A DNA stretch of 64,000 bases, from assembly GCA_965369655.1 (NCBI GenBank), contig CBDUQR010000007.1:1-64000 (forward strand). Reading direction: 5' to 3'. The notes beneath the pieces were generated by a model. That model had not been told where the DNA came from and did not search any database. It saw only the letters and a program-made list of their open reading frames with translations. The translations under genes and the position numbers were made by a program. Within the stretch, counting starts at the first letter, position 1; every line of letters starts with the position of its first letter. Below are positions 47,698 through 57,005 of the stretch, piece by piece. Source of the DNA: an uncultured bacterium. Lineage in GTDB: Bacteria > Zixibacteria > MSB-5A5 > JAABVY01 > JAHJOQ01.

Positions 47698-47995
47698 TTG
47701 GATGTGATCGATCTGACAGATGAGTACAAACCGTTGTATTATGTTTGTCTTGAAGACTGGTGCGACGAGATCAATCAGGTAACTGTCAGGACGGTGGATG
47801 AAGTTGACGGGGAAGAATTCTACAACAATGACCTTGTCTGTATCGGATCACCAACCCTGCATTCGCTTCCACCGCCGCCTGTATTCGATTTCCTGAGAAA
47901 ACTTGAGAAGAAATTCAGGGATGACGGCCTTGTGCAGTTGCCTACAACGAAGCTTATCAACAAGAACGCCCTCATTTTCTGTACCTACTCAGCCA
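47698..47995 (+). pseudogene. Chimeric fragment: GNAT-like N-terminus plus flavodoxin-like fragment, cut by REPs
   Basis: MDVIDLT..YKPLYYVCLEDW then DLVCIGSPT...ALIFCTYS; reads into the REP at 47996. Confidence 0.5.
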
Positions 47996-48085
47996 GTAGC
48001 CCACCCAAAGCAAAAGCGTCGGGTGGGTTTCTGTCTGTTCCTTGAAAGTCCTGTAGCCCATCCAGAGTGCAGCGGCGGATGGGTT
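47996..48085 (+). repeat. GTAG-type REP family A, copies 2 and 3 (tandem)
   Basis: Copies at 47996-48029 and 48053-48085, with compensatory stem changes relative to 573-605. Confidence 0.8.
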
Positions 48086-48151
48086 CACTTTCTGACATGA
48101 AATACGCAGGTACTACCAATTCCAATCACCGAGAGCCGTGAATGCCCCCCA

Positions 48152-48453
48152 TTGCACCGGATGATCCGTATCTCGATGGACGGCAAGGGTCGCTGGATGG
48201 ACAACGTGTTTATCGAACGGCTGTGGCGTTCATTGAAATACGAGTGTGTCTATTTGCGGGAGTTTGAAACCGGACTCTCGGCACAGCAAGAGATAGAAAA
48301 CTGGTTGCATTACTACAACACGGATCGACCACATTCATCTCTTGGTGACAAAACACCGATGGAGGCATATATTGAAAACATGGCGGCATAATGAATCAAA
48401 CCAAATTCACCTTAACACAGTCGTAAACTATCCAACAAACTGGGACCACTGCT
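48152..48453 (+). mobile_element. IS3-family remnant (integrase-core C-terminus and probable right IR)
   Basis: ISMDGKGRWMDNVFIERLWRSLKYECVYL...YNTDRPHSSL..KTP; IR-like CTATCCAACAAACTGGGACCACTGCT at 48428-48453. Confidence 0.88.
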
Positions 48454-48590
48454 CCTTCCCTTTACACGTTGACCAATAATCAACCCAGGCGATCACCGCT
48501 GTACGGTTCAATTGTTCAGTTTATAAGAGAAAGCACGGAGACGAAAAAATCTTGTCTATCTAACGTCCTGTGGCTATCTTGTCCGCTGAA

Positions 48591-48932
48591 ATGCATGAAC
48601 TAGCCATGGCACAAGCGATTCTAGATGTGGCCCAGCAGCAAGCAGAGGCACACAGGGCACACAAGGTGCTCGCCATACGCCTCCAGGTCGGTGAGTTGTC
48701 GACTGCCATGCCTGAGGCATTAACTTTCTCCTTTGAGGTTATCTCTAAGAACACCTGTGCGCAGGATGCAAGGCTGGACATCATCCGGGTTCCCTGGCGT
48801 ATTCGATGCAGTTCCTGCCAAAAGGAGTATCGAGTCCATGATCGCCTCCCACTATGTCCGGAATGCAACAGCGCAGGTGGGGAGATCATTTCTGGCAAGG
48901 AACTAATAATAACGGAGATGGACGTCGAATGA
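48591..48932 (+). CDS. hypA: Hydrogenase nickel chaperone HypA
   Basis: MHELAMA, CSSC...CPEC, GKEL. Confidence 0.95.
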   Translation: MHELAMAQAILDVAQQQAEAHRAHKVLAIRLQVGELSTAMPEALTFSFEVISKNTCAQDARLDIIRVPWRIRCSSCQKEYRVHDRLPLCPECNSAGGEIISGKELIITEMDVE

Positions 48933-49594
48933 CTAAAATACGGGTGATAGCCGATATCCTGGAGTCCAATGCGCGGATAGCCAGACAAAATGCGGAAATT
49001 TTCGACGAGGTCGGCCTGTATGTGATAAATCTCATGGGCTCTCCAGGTGCGGGCAAGACCTCACTTCTCGAATGGACAATTAAAGCGCTCAGTGAGGATT
49101 TACGAATCGGGGTTATCGAGGGGGACATCCAGAGCAGCATTGATGCGGAGCGTATCTCGCGTCTGGGCATCAGGGTGGTCCAGATAAATACCGGCGGAGC
49201 GTGCCATCTCGACGGAAATATGATCCGTCCGGCCCTCGACGATTTTAACCTCAAGGAACTCGACCTGCTCATCGTGGAAAATGTCGGCAACTTGGTCTGC
49301 CCAGCGGAGTTTGAGCTCGGCGAGGATGCCAAGGTAATGCTTCTGAGCGTTACCGAGGGCGACGACAAGCCTCAAAAATATCCGCTCATGTTTCAACAGT
49401 CTGCCGTGTTGCTTATCAATAAGGTGGATCTCCTCCCGTACGTGGACTGCTCAGTAGATGTAATCGAAGAGCGATCTCGGGCCCTAAACACTGCAATCGA
49501 GGTCTTCCCTATCTCCTGTAAAACCCGTGAGGGTCTCGAGGCCTGGTCTGCCTGGCTCAAAAAGCATGTTGGGGAGAAACGTGGAAGTGGCTGA
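48929..49594 (+). CDS. hypB: Hydrogenase maturation GTPase HypB
   Basis: GSPGAGKT, GACHLD, ENVGNLVCPA, EGDDKP.KYP. Confidence 0.97.
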   Translation: MTKIRVIADILESNARIARQNAEIFDEVGLYVINLMGSPGAGKTSLLEWTIKALSEDLRIGVIEGDIQSSIDAERISRLGIRVVQINTGGACHLDGNMIRPALDDFNLKELDLLIVENVGNLVCPAEFELGEDAKVMLLSVTEGDDKPQKYPLMFQQSAVLLINKVDLLPYVDCSVDVIEERSRALNTAIEVFPISCKTREGLEAWSAWLKKHVGEKRGSG

Positions 49595-51908
49595 GAAACA
49601 TAGAAGTATAAGGGTTGACATCCAGGGGGTGGTCCAGGGAGTTGGCTTTCGCCCTTACGTTTACAATCTCGCTGTCGAGCACGGGCTTTTCGGGTATGTT
49701 GCCAACAACTCAGATGGCGTCGAGATCGAGGTCGAGGGCTTATCGAAATCAGTGGATGCATTCCTTACCGAACTTCCAACACGCAAGCCACCTTTATCGT
49801 TCTTATCTGACTTGAAGGTTTCAAACGTGCCCGCGCGAAGTGCGATTGACATGAATATCCGTCCCAGCCGATCCCTTGCAATGCGAGCCGCGCTCATCCC
49901 GCCTGATATCACAGTCTGCGAGGATTGCTTGCGTGAGCTTGAGGATCACGATGATCGTCGCTACGGTTATCCATTCATCAACTGTACTAATTGCGGGCCT
50001 CGCTACACCATCATCGACGATATTCCCTACGACCGGCCCAAAACCTCCATGGCCACTTTCAGCATGTGCTCTAAGTGCCAGGCAGAATACAACGACCCGC
50101 ATAACCGTCGCTTTCATGCCCAGCCCAATGCCTGCCCAGTGTGCGGCCCCAAGGTGTGGCTCTCTGCGGCCGACGGGACCGAAATCTACTGCGACGATCC
50201 ATTGCGCGAGGCGGGCCGCCGGCTCGAATCGGGGCAGATACTGGCCGTAAAGGGCCTTGGGGGCTTCCACCTTGCCGTGGACGCCACCCGGGATGATGTG
50301 GTATCAAGGTTGCGCAAGCTTAAGCACCACGAGGAAAAACCACTGGCCGTCATGTGCCGCAGTCTCGCCGAGGCCAAGCAGCTGGCCCATATCGACGAGC
50401 AGGCCCGCTCGTTGCTCTGCTCGGTGCATCGACCCATCGTTATCGTACCTAAGCGTCACCCGAGCCCGCTCGCTTCCTGTATCGCTCCGGACAACCACAC
50501 TATAGGCCTCATGTTGCCATACACGCCGCTACACGTGCTCCTTCTCGCCAGTGCGCCGCCAGCGCTGGTTATGACGAGCGGGAACCTGACAGACGAGCCG
50601 ATTGCCATTGACAATGAGGAAGCGCTAACCAGGCTTTCGGGGATTGCCGATGCCTTTTTGCTTCACGACCGGGACATCCTGGTTCCTAACGACGACTCGG
50701 TCCTGCGCATCATCTCGGGTCGTCCGAGCTTCATACGCAGATCGCGTGGGTACGTGCCGTTACCGGTAGTCCTAGAGCATGAAACACCTCCGATTCTTGC
50801 GGTCGGGGGAGAGCTCAAGAACACCATCTGCATCACACGGGGTCGAATGGCGTTCCTCAGCCAGCATATCGGCGATATGGAAAGCCCCAGCACTATCGAG
50901 TATTTCACCGAGACAGTAAGTCGCCTAAGTCGCATCCTTGATGTGAAGCCCCAATTGATCGCCGCCGACCTCCACCCAGACTATGCGGCCACATGTTGGG
51001 CAGAGCAGCAAGGGCTTCAAGTGTTGAAGGTCCAGCATCACCACGCACATATTGCCAGTTGTATGGCGGAGCACCGAATCGAAGGGCCAGTCATTGGGGT
51101 AGCCCTGGACGGCACGGGATTCGGCACCGACGGTAGGATATGGGGAGGCGAAATCCTGGTTTGTGACCTGGCCAATTTCGAGCGGGCGGGTCACCTGGAC
51201 TATGTCCAATTACCCGGCGGAGACCGCGCTGTGGCCGAGCCCTGGCGCATGGCGCTCAGCTACCTTTTTCACACCTTTGGCAATACCTGGGAGGAGCATT
51301 TACCGGAGAACATGCGCCGAATTCCCGCAAAAAAAAGGCAGGCTGTGATCCAAATGATGAAGAGCGGCGTTAACTCCCCCTGGACCTCGAGTTGCGGCCG
51401 GCTTTTCGACGGCATTGCCGCGCTCCTGGGCCTCCACCACAAAGTAGCCTTTGAGGGTCAGGCAGCCATGCATCTCGAAATGGTCGCCGGGGAGCACGAC
51501 GGGAACGCCGCAGGTGGTGGCTACGAGGTACAACCCCGCGCTGGTAATGATGGGTTATTGATCGACCCGGCGGATTTCGTCCGCGGCGTTGTGGGGGACA
51601 TCGAGCGTGATTTGTCAGCTCGTACCATCTCACGCCGCTTCCACGCAGCACTGGCACGCGCATTTTCTTTGGCCTGTGTGCTCCTTCGCAGGCAGACTGG
51701 CCTCAATCAAGTGGTACTGTCGGGCGGTGTATTCCAGAACCGACTTCTTACGGAAAGTATCGTAGATGAGCTCGATGCAGCAAGCTTCGACGTCCTTCTA
51801 CACAAACAAGTGCCGGCCAACGACGGCGGGCTGTCATTGGGACAGGCCGTCGTGGCTGCGTGTCGCAATTTGACCGCATCTGGAAAGAATGCGGCGAAAG
51901 GATTATGA
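49581..51908 (+). CDS. hypF: Carbamoyltransferase HypF
   Basis: GVVQGVGFRP, CTNCGPR, FHAQPNACP.CGP, QHHHAH, NDGGLSLGQ. Confidence 0.97.
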   Translation: MEVAEKHRSIRVDIQGVVQGVGFRPYVYNLAVEHGLFGYVANNSDGVEIEVEGLSKSVDAFLTELPTRKPPLSFLSDLKVSNVPARSAIDMNIRPSRSLAMRAALIPPDITVCEDCLRELEDHDDRRYGYPFINCTNCGPRYTIIDDIPYDRPKTSMATFSMCSKCQAEYNDPHNRRFHAQPNACPVCGPKVWLSAADGTEIYCDDPLREAGRRLESGQILAVKGLGGFHLAVDATRDDVVSRLRKLKHHEEKPLAVMCRSLAEAKQLAHIDEQARSLLCSVHRPIVIVPKRHPSPLASCIAPDNHTIGLMLPYTPLHVLLLASAPPALVMTSGNLTDEPIAIDNEEALTRLSGIADAFLLHDRDILVPNDDSVLRIISGRPSFIRRSRGYVPLPVVLEHETPPILAVGGELKNTICITRGRMAFLSQHIGDMESPSTIEYFTETVSRLSRILDVKPQLIAADLHPDYAATCWAEQQGLQVLKVQHHHAHIASCMAEHRIEGPVIGVALDGTGFGTDGRIWGGEILVCDLANFERAGHLDYVQLPGGDRAVAEPWRMALSYLFHTFGNTWEEHLPENMRRIPAKKRQAVIQMMKSGVNSPWTSSCGRLFDGIAALLGLHHKVAFEGQAAMHLEMVAGEHDGNAAGGGYEVQPRAGNDGLLIDPADFVRGVVGDIERDLSARTISRRFHAALARAFSLACVLLRRQTGLNQVVLSGGVFQNRLLTESIVDELDAASFDVLLHKQVPANDGGLSLGQAVVAACRNLTASGKNAAKGL

Positions 51909-51915
51909 TTCGGCC

Positions 51916-52146
51916 ATGTGTTTAGCTGTACCGATGAAGGTGACCTCCATAGATGATGACCGCGCCACCTGCGTCATAGGCGACATGGAGCGCGAGGTAC
52001 GACTCTCTCTACTGCCCGAGGTGCACATAGGCGAGTACGTCATCGTCCACGCGGGCTATGCTATACAAATACTCGACGAGAAGGAGGCCCAGGAAACGCT
52101 TCAGCTCTTTGCCGATTTCCAGGGAGATATCGGAGAGATGGGATGA
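51916..52146 (+). CDS. hypC: Hydrogenase chaperone HypC
   Basis: MCLAVP, VIVHAGYAI. Confidence 0.96.
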   Translation: MCLAVPMKVTSIDDDRATCVIGDMEREVRLSLLPEVHIGEYVIVHAGYAIQILDEKEAQETLQLFADFQGDIGEMG

Positions 52147-53240
52147 GGTTCCTGCGCGAGTTCAGAGACCCGCAGGCGGCCAAGGTGCTCGTGCGCCGGA
52201 TCCGAAAGGTTGCCGATTCCCTGGGTGAGATAAGCTTCATGGAGGTATGCGGCACACATACTATGTCGATCTATCGCTACGGCATTCGCCACTTGCTTCC
52301 GCCCAATATACGCATCCTCTCCGGCCCAGGATGTCCGGTTTGCGTAACGCCAAATGTCTTTCTTGACCGCGCGATCGCGTTGGCCCGTCTACCAAGTGTG
52401 ACCATCGCTACCTTCGGCGACATGATGCGCGTGCCTGGCTCCACCTCATCGTTGGAGCGGGAGCAGGCCCGTGGCTGCGACATCCGTGTTGTTTACTCCC
52501 CGATCGATGCCCTTCGTATCGCCGCTCAAGAGCAACGTCGGCGCCTCGTTTTTCTCGGAGTGGGCTTTGAGACTACGGCCCCGGCCCTGGCCGCTACACT
52601 CCTCGAGGCGAAGCGGACTGAAGTGAAAAATTTTTCAATTCTCAGCGCAGCCAAGGTCATTCCCCCAGCCATGCAGGCGTTACTTAACGACGGTCCGCTG
52701 CGGCTGAGCGGCTTCCTTTGCCCGGGCCACGTTAGTACAGTCATCGGAAGTCGACCCTATGAGCCGCTGGTAAACGAGCACGGGATCCCGTGCGTCATCG
52801 CAGGGTTCGAGCCGCTTGATATTCTCTATGGCATTCTCATGCTGCTCGAGCAGGTCTCTGAGCACCGTGCCGAGGTGGAGATTGCCTACCGACGCGCAGT
52901 CCGGCCGGAGGGCAACCCTAAAGCCAAACGCGTTCTCAAGGAAGTATTCATTGAGTGTGACGCACAGTGGCGGGGAATCGGAAGAATTGAAGGATCGGGC
53001 CTGGCCTTGCCAAGCACACTCGAGGCACACGATGCATTCCTTATCGAGGTGGAGGTCGAGCCCACATACGAGGTCCCTGGTTGCATCTGCGGCCTGGTTC
53101 TAAGCGGTCAGCGCACACCCCGTGAGTGCGATCTCTTTGCAAAAGAATGCACGCCAGAGACGCCGCAGGGCGCGTGTATGGTCTCAACTGAGGGCACCTG
53201 TGCAGCGGCCTATCAATACGGGTGGATTGAGGAGGAGTGA
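52143..53240 (+). CDS. hypD: Hydrogenase maturation protein HypD
   Basis: MEVCGTHT, GPGCPVC, GFETT, PGHVS, CMVSTEGTC. Confidence 0.97.
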   Translation: MRFLREFRDPQAAKVLVRRIRKVADSLGEISFMEVCGTHTMSIYRYGIRHLLPPNIRILSGPGCPVCVTPNVFLDRAIALARLPSVTIATFGDMMRVPGSTSSLEREQARGCDIRVVYSPIDALRIAAQEQRRRLVFLGVGFETTAPALAATLLEAKRTEVKNFSILSAAKVIPPAMQALLNDGPLRLSGFLCPGHVSTVIGSRPYEPLVNEHGIPCVIAGFEPLDILYGILMLLEQVSEHRAEVEIAYRRAVRPEGNPKAKRVLKEVFIECDAQWRGIGRIEGSGLALPSTLEAHDAFLIEVEVEPTYEVPGCICGLVLSGQRTPRECDLFAKECTPETPQGACMVSTEGTCAAAYQYGWIEEE

Positions 53241-54250
53241 TGAAGACCGACATCATACTGCTGGAACATGGCAGCGGTGGTCGCGCCAGCCGCTGGCTGG
53301 TGGAAGAGATCCTGGTTCCCTATCTGAAAAACCAAGTGCTGGAGCGACTCGATGACCACGCCGAGATCGAGGTTGAAGGAACCCGACTGGCTTTCACCAC
53401 CGACTCATTCGTGGTCGATCCCATCTTCTTTCCCGGTGGCGACATCGGAAAGCTCGCCGTGAACGGCACGGTCAATGATCTAGCCATGGGTGGCGCAAAA
53501 CCGCTCTTCCTCAGCGCTGGCCTTATCCTCGAAGAGGGGCTACCCATCGCCGATCTTAAATGTATTATGCACTCTATGGCTGAAGCGACCGAGAAGGCAC
53601 AGGTGCACATCGTAACCGGCGATACCAAGGTGGTCGCGCACGGAGCTGCCGACAAGATATTTATCAACACTGCCGGCATCGGGCTCATTCCCAAGGGAGT
53701 GGCGCTCTCGGGCCACCGTGGAGAAGTAGGCGACCGCGTACTGATCAGTGGTCCGATAGGCGAGCATGGTATCGCGGTGATGGCCCAGCGCCCGGACCTC
53801 GACTTCGTCTCATCCTGCAAGAGCGACACAGCACCGCTAGCCGACCTGGTGGCCCAGATGCTACACGCCTATCAAGGCATCCACAGCCTCCGCGATCCCA
53901 CCAGGGGCGGGCTTGCCGCCACTCTCAACGAGCTGGCTGTGCAGTCAGGGGTTAGAATCGAGGTGGAGGAGTCGGCCATACCTGTCACCGAATCGGTGGA
54001 GAGCGCCTGCGAGCTATTGGGGCTTGATCCCCTGCATCTGGCCAACGAAGGGGTACTCGTTGCCCTCGTTCCAGCCGAGGGCGCAAGCCTTGTGCTCGAT
54101 GCCATGCAGAACCATCCCTTGGGCCACAAGGCACAGATCATCGGTGAGGTGTATTCAAAAAAGTTGCCCGCGGTTATCCTGCGGACCCAAATTGGCGGCA
54201 AGCGCGTCCTGGCTGTTCCCACCGGCGTGCAGCTCCCGCGTATTTGCTGA
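53237..54250 (+). CDS. hypE: Hydrogenase maturation protein HypE
   Basis: HGSGG, TTDSFVV, GDTKVV, RDPTRGG, C-terminal PRIC. Confidence 0.97.
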   Translation: MMKTDIILLEHGSGGRASRWLVEEILVPYLKNQVLERLDDHAEIEVEGTRLAFTTDSFVVDPIFFPGGDIGKLAVNGTVNDLAMGGAKPLFLSAGLILEEGLPIADLKCIMHSMAEATEKAQVHIVTGDTKVVAHGAADKIFINTAGIGLIPKGVALSGHRGEVGDRVLISGPIGEHGIAVMAQRPDLDFVSSCKSDTAPLADLVAQMLHAYQGIHSLRDPTRGGLAATLNELAVQSGVRIEVEESAIPVTESVESACELLGLDPLHLANEGVLVALVPAEGASLVLDAMQNHPLGHKAQIIGEVYSKKLPAVILRTQIGGKRVLAVPTGVQLPRIC

Positions 54251-54363
54251 AGGCAAGGAGATTCTCCAAGAGGAAAAGAGGCCAATAAAAACTACGTCCC
54301 CTCCTCAACTAACATTTTCCAATGAAGGTCTCGACAAGATCATCATGGTGGGAGTAAATTTTT

Positions 54364-55308
54364 ATGGAATTATACCAGCTTCGTTGTTTTCAAGCCGCAG
54401 TAAAGGAAGGTGGTTTTAAGCGGGCTGCCATGCGGCTTTACATCACACAACCCGCACTCTCCTACCATGTCAAACAACTCGAGGAAGAGTTGGGAGTTTC
54501 GCTTTTCCACCGTCGTCCTCGTGGAGTTAGCCCTACTGAGGCAGGCAGAGTTTTGTTCCGGTATGCTCAGGAAATCATGCGTGGTGTACATAGGGCTGAG
54601 CGTGCCATACAAGAGCTCGGAGAAGGGGTAGCGGGAGAAATACGCATTGGCACGGTTGATAGCGTGGGCATCTATTTCATGCCGCCCGTTCTCTGGACCA
54701 TACGCTCTATGTATCCGGGCGCGTGCCCCAAGCTCTTGTATGGTAGTTCTGATGATATTATGGAAGCACTCTTGTCAAATGAATTAGACTTGGCAATACT
54801 TGCCAACCCCAGGCCGGATCGACGCCTACGGCAGGAAATCTTAATCGAGGAGTATGTATCATTGGTTTGCGGCCGTTCACATCCATTTTTCGGCGTACCA
54901 ACCGTTAAAACGAGCGAACTCAAAGGGATGGAGTTCGCTGCGTTGTCTCCAGACACTCCAAGTGGTTCCCTAATCCGTAACCACCTCGCGCGCTTGGGAG
55001 TAAACATCGAAATAGTGGCTACCACCGGCAACGTGGAAACCGTCAAAAAAACGGTCGAAGCAGGCCTGGGGATAGCTTTTCTGCCCGACATGGTTACTAA
55101 GCAAGATATTCCATGCAAGGACAAGCCCGCGGGTCGCTTGTGGCGTATTGAGGTCGATCTGCCGTTGAGCCGGCAAGTCGTGCTAGTTGACTGGAAAGAC
55201 TCCTGTATAAGTCGAGCTACAAAGGCCTTTGTAGAGCAACTGCGACAACACAGTAATGAATGGCGGGCCTGTACGGATGAGAAATCGCTGGATCCCGCCA
55301 GCGCATAA
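54364..55308 (+). CDS. LysR family transcriptional regulator
   Basis: AAMRLYITQPALSYHVKQLEEELGVSLF, TEAG, GLGIAFLP. Confidence 0.95.
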   Translation: MELYQLRCFQAAVKEGGFKRAAMRLYITQPALSYHVKQLEEELGVSLFHRRPRGVSPTEAGRVLFRYAQEIMRGVHRAERAIQELGEGVAGEIRIGTVDSVGIYFMPPVLWTIRSMYPGACPKLLYGSSDDIMEALLSNELDLAILANPRPDRRLRQEILIEEYVSLVCGRSHPFFGVPTVKTSELKGMEFAALSPDTPSGSLIRNHLARLGVNIEIVATTGNVETVKKTVEAGLGIAFLPDMVTKQDIPCKDKPAGRLWRIEVDLPLSRQVVLVDWKDSCISRATKAFVEQLRQHSNEWRACTDEKSLDPASA

Positions 55309-55312
55309 TCTG

Positions 55313-55381
55313 CTATCAAAAATTTTTATAGGTCACGTCCCAAATTTCCGCTTTGACTTATTACAAAAAATGTAATATCCT
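55313..55381 (+). promoter_or_regulatory. hdrC promoter with LysR-type box and a second palindrome
   Basis: CTATCAAAAATTTTTATAG (55313-55331); TTGACT-17 nt-TATCCT (55353-55381); TATTACA-N5-TGTAATA (55359-55377). Confidence 0.65.
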
Positions 55382-55557
55382 TACCTTAATATGAACTCTG
55401 TGAGAATTCTGACTGTTGAGGAATCTTTGACTCGTAACCCCCAAAACCCCAGGCGTAGCTTAGCCTTTTCGGGAATCTCAGGGGGATGTTTGCCTGTTTC
55501 ATTGCGGATGCCTCACACGAGGCACCTATATGTTCACGCAAGTAGGAGCTTATCCAG

Positions 55558-56136
55558 ATGAGAGAACAAGCGCTGGCACCGCAAGTCCCTGGGCTGGCGA
55601 AAGAAGTCTTGGGAGAGTGCGGTGAGAATGTGAACCTTTGTTTTCAATGCCAAAAATGTGCGTCAGGATGCCCGATGGCCTTTGCGATGGACTTTACCCC
55701 GTCACAGTTGATGCACGCTATCCGTCTGGGACTAGACGAAATGGTGATGAGCAGTAAGACGACCTGGCTGTGTTCCTCCTGTCAGACTTGTACCACTCGC
55801 TGCCCGCAGGGTTTAGACATCGCAAAGGCTCTCGATGCTGTCAAGATCATCACCCAGCGCAAGGGTATCAAAGCTTCTGAACCGGATATATCAGCCTTCT
55901 ATAAGACCATGATGGGTTCCATCTTCGGCTGCGGCCGGGTGTACGAGCTGGGATTGATCGCGATGCTCAAGCTGCGTACAGGTCATCTATTTAAAGATAT
56001 CGGTCTGGGGATAAAAATGTTCGGTAAGGGCAAATTGAAGCTCTTTCCTTCAATACATTTTCTCATCTTTTCCGGCGTCTCTGAGATCAGAAAAATGCGA
56101 AAGAGAGTAGAGAAGCTGGAAGGTCAGAGAAAATGA
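55558..56136 (+). CDS. hdrC: Heterodisulfide reductase subunit C-like
   Basis: CFQCQKCASGCP and CSSCQTCTTRCP; GRVYE. Confidence 0.92.
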   Translation: MREQALAPQVPGLAKEVLGECGENVNLCFQCQKCASGCPMAFAMDFTPSQLMHAIRLGLDEMVMSSKTTWLCSSCQTCTTRCPQGLDIAKALDAVKIITQRKGIKASEPDISAFYKTMMGSIFGCGRVYELGLIAMLKLRTGHLFKDIGLGIKMFGKGKLKLFPSIHFLIFSGVSEIRKMRKRVEKLEGQRK

Positions 56137-57005
56137 AATACGCATACTACCCGGGCTGCTCCCTGCACTCAACAGCCTCTGAGTATAATATCTCGTTTTG
56201 CAGCGTGTGCCGGACGCTCCATGTGGCGATTGAGGAAATCCCCAAGTGGGCATGCTGCGGTTCTACGCCGGCGCATTCGACCTCGCATATCATGTCCCTG
56301 GCACTCCCTGGCCGGGTAATCTCACAGGCCGAAGAAGCAAAGCTCCAAAAGATTCTCGTTCCGTGTGCATCATGCTTTCAACGCCTGAAGACCACCCAGT
56401 ACGAGATTAGAAGCAATTTCGGGTTACACGAAACACTCGAGCAGGTGCTGGATCGCAAGCTGGAAAATAAGGTCGAGGTTATCCACCCCCTCGAGCTTTT
56501 CATCGGTGAGGAGCTGTCGAATCGGATCGCGGATGCTGTGAGGAAAAGGCTCGAAGGACTCAAAGTCTGTTGTTACTACGGGTGCCTGCTCACTCGCCCG
56601 CCAAAGGTGATGAACTTTGATGAGTGCGAATATCCGATGAGTATGGATACCATAGTCTCCGGTTTGGGTGCTGAGACGCTGGACTGGAATGCCAAAACTT
56701 TTTGCTGCGGCGCCTCTTTATCACTCACCAAAAGCGAACATGTCTGTAAGCTGATCCGCGATATTTTCCAAGAGGCAAAAGCGGTGGGCGCAAACGCGAT
56801 CGCAGTTGCCTGCCCGCTCTGCCATTCAAATCTCGATACCCGGCAACAGGAAACCGAAACGATCTACAATGAAAAGTATGGGCTCCCAATCTTCTATTTT
56901 ACCCAGCTCATGGGGCTGGCATTTGGTGAATCTTTTGAAGCACTTGGGCTAAAAAAGCATTTAGTCGACCCTAGGCCCCTGCTCAATAAGGTGGGCATAG
57001 TATGA
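56133..57005 (+). CDS. hdrB: Heterodisulfide reductase subunit B-like
   Basis: YYPGCS, CCG, PCASC, YYGC, CCGA, ACPLC (two CCG domains). Confidence 0.95.
   Translation: MKYAYYPGCSLHSTASEYNISFCSVCRTLHVAIEEIPKWACCGSTPAHSTSHIMSLALPGRVISQAEEAKLQKILVPCASCFQRLKTTQYEIRSNFGLHETLEQVLDRKLENKVEVIHPLELFIGEELSNRIADAVRKRLEGLKVCCYYGCLLTRPPKVMNFDECEYPMSMDTIVSGLGAETLDWNAKTFCCGASLSLTKSEHVCKLIRDIFQEAKAVGANAIAVACPLCHSNLDTRQQETETIYNEKYGLPIFYFTQLMGLAFGESFEALGLKKHLVDPRPLLNKVGIV

Noticed and set aside
47996-48085. Integron attC sites or a CRISPR mini-array
   Set aside because: No RYYYAAC/GTTRRRY cores, no integrase or cas genes, and only two degenerate copies.
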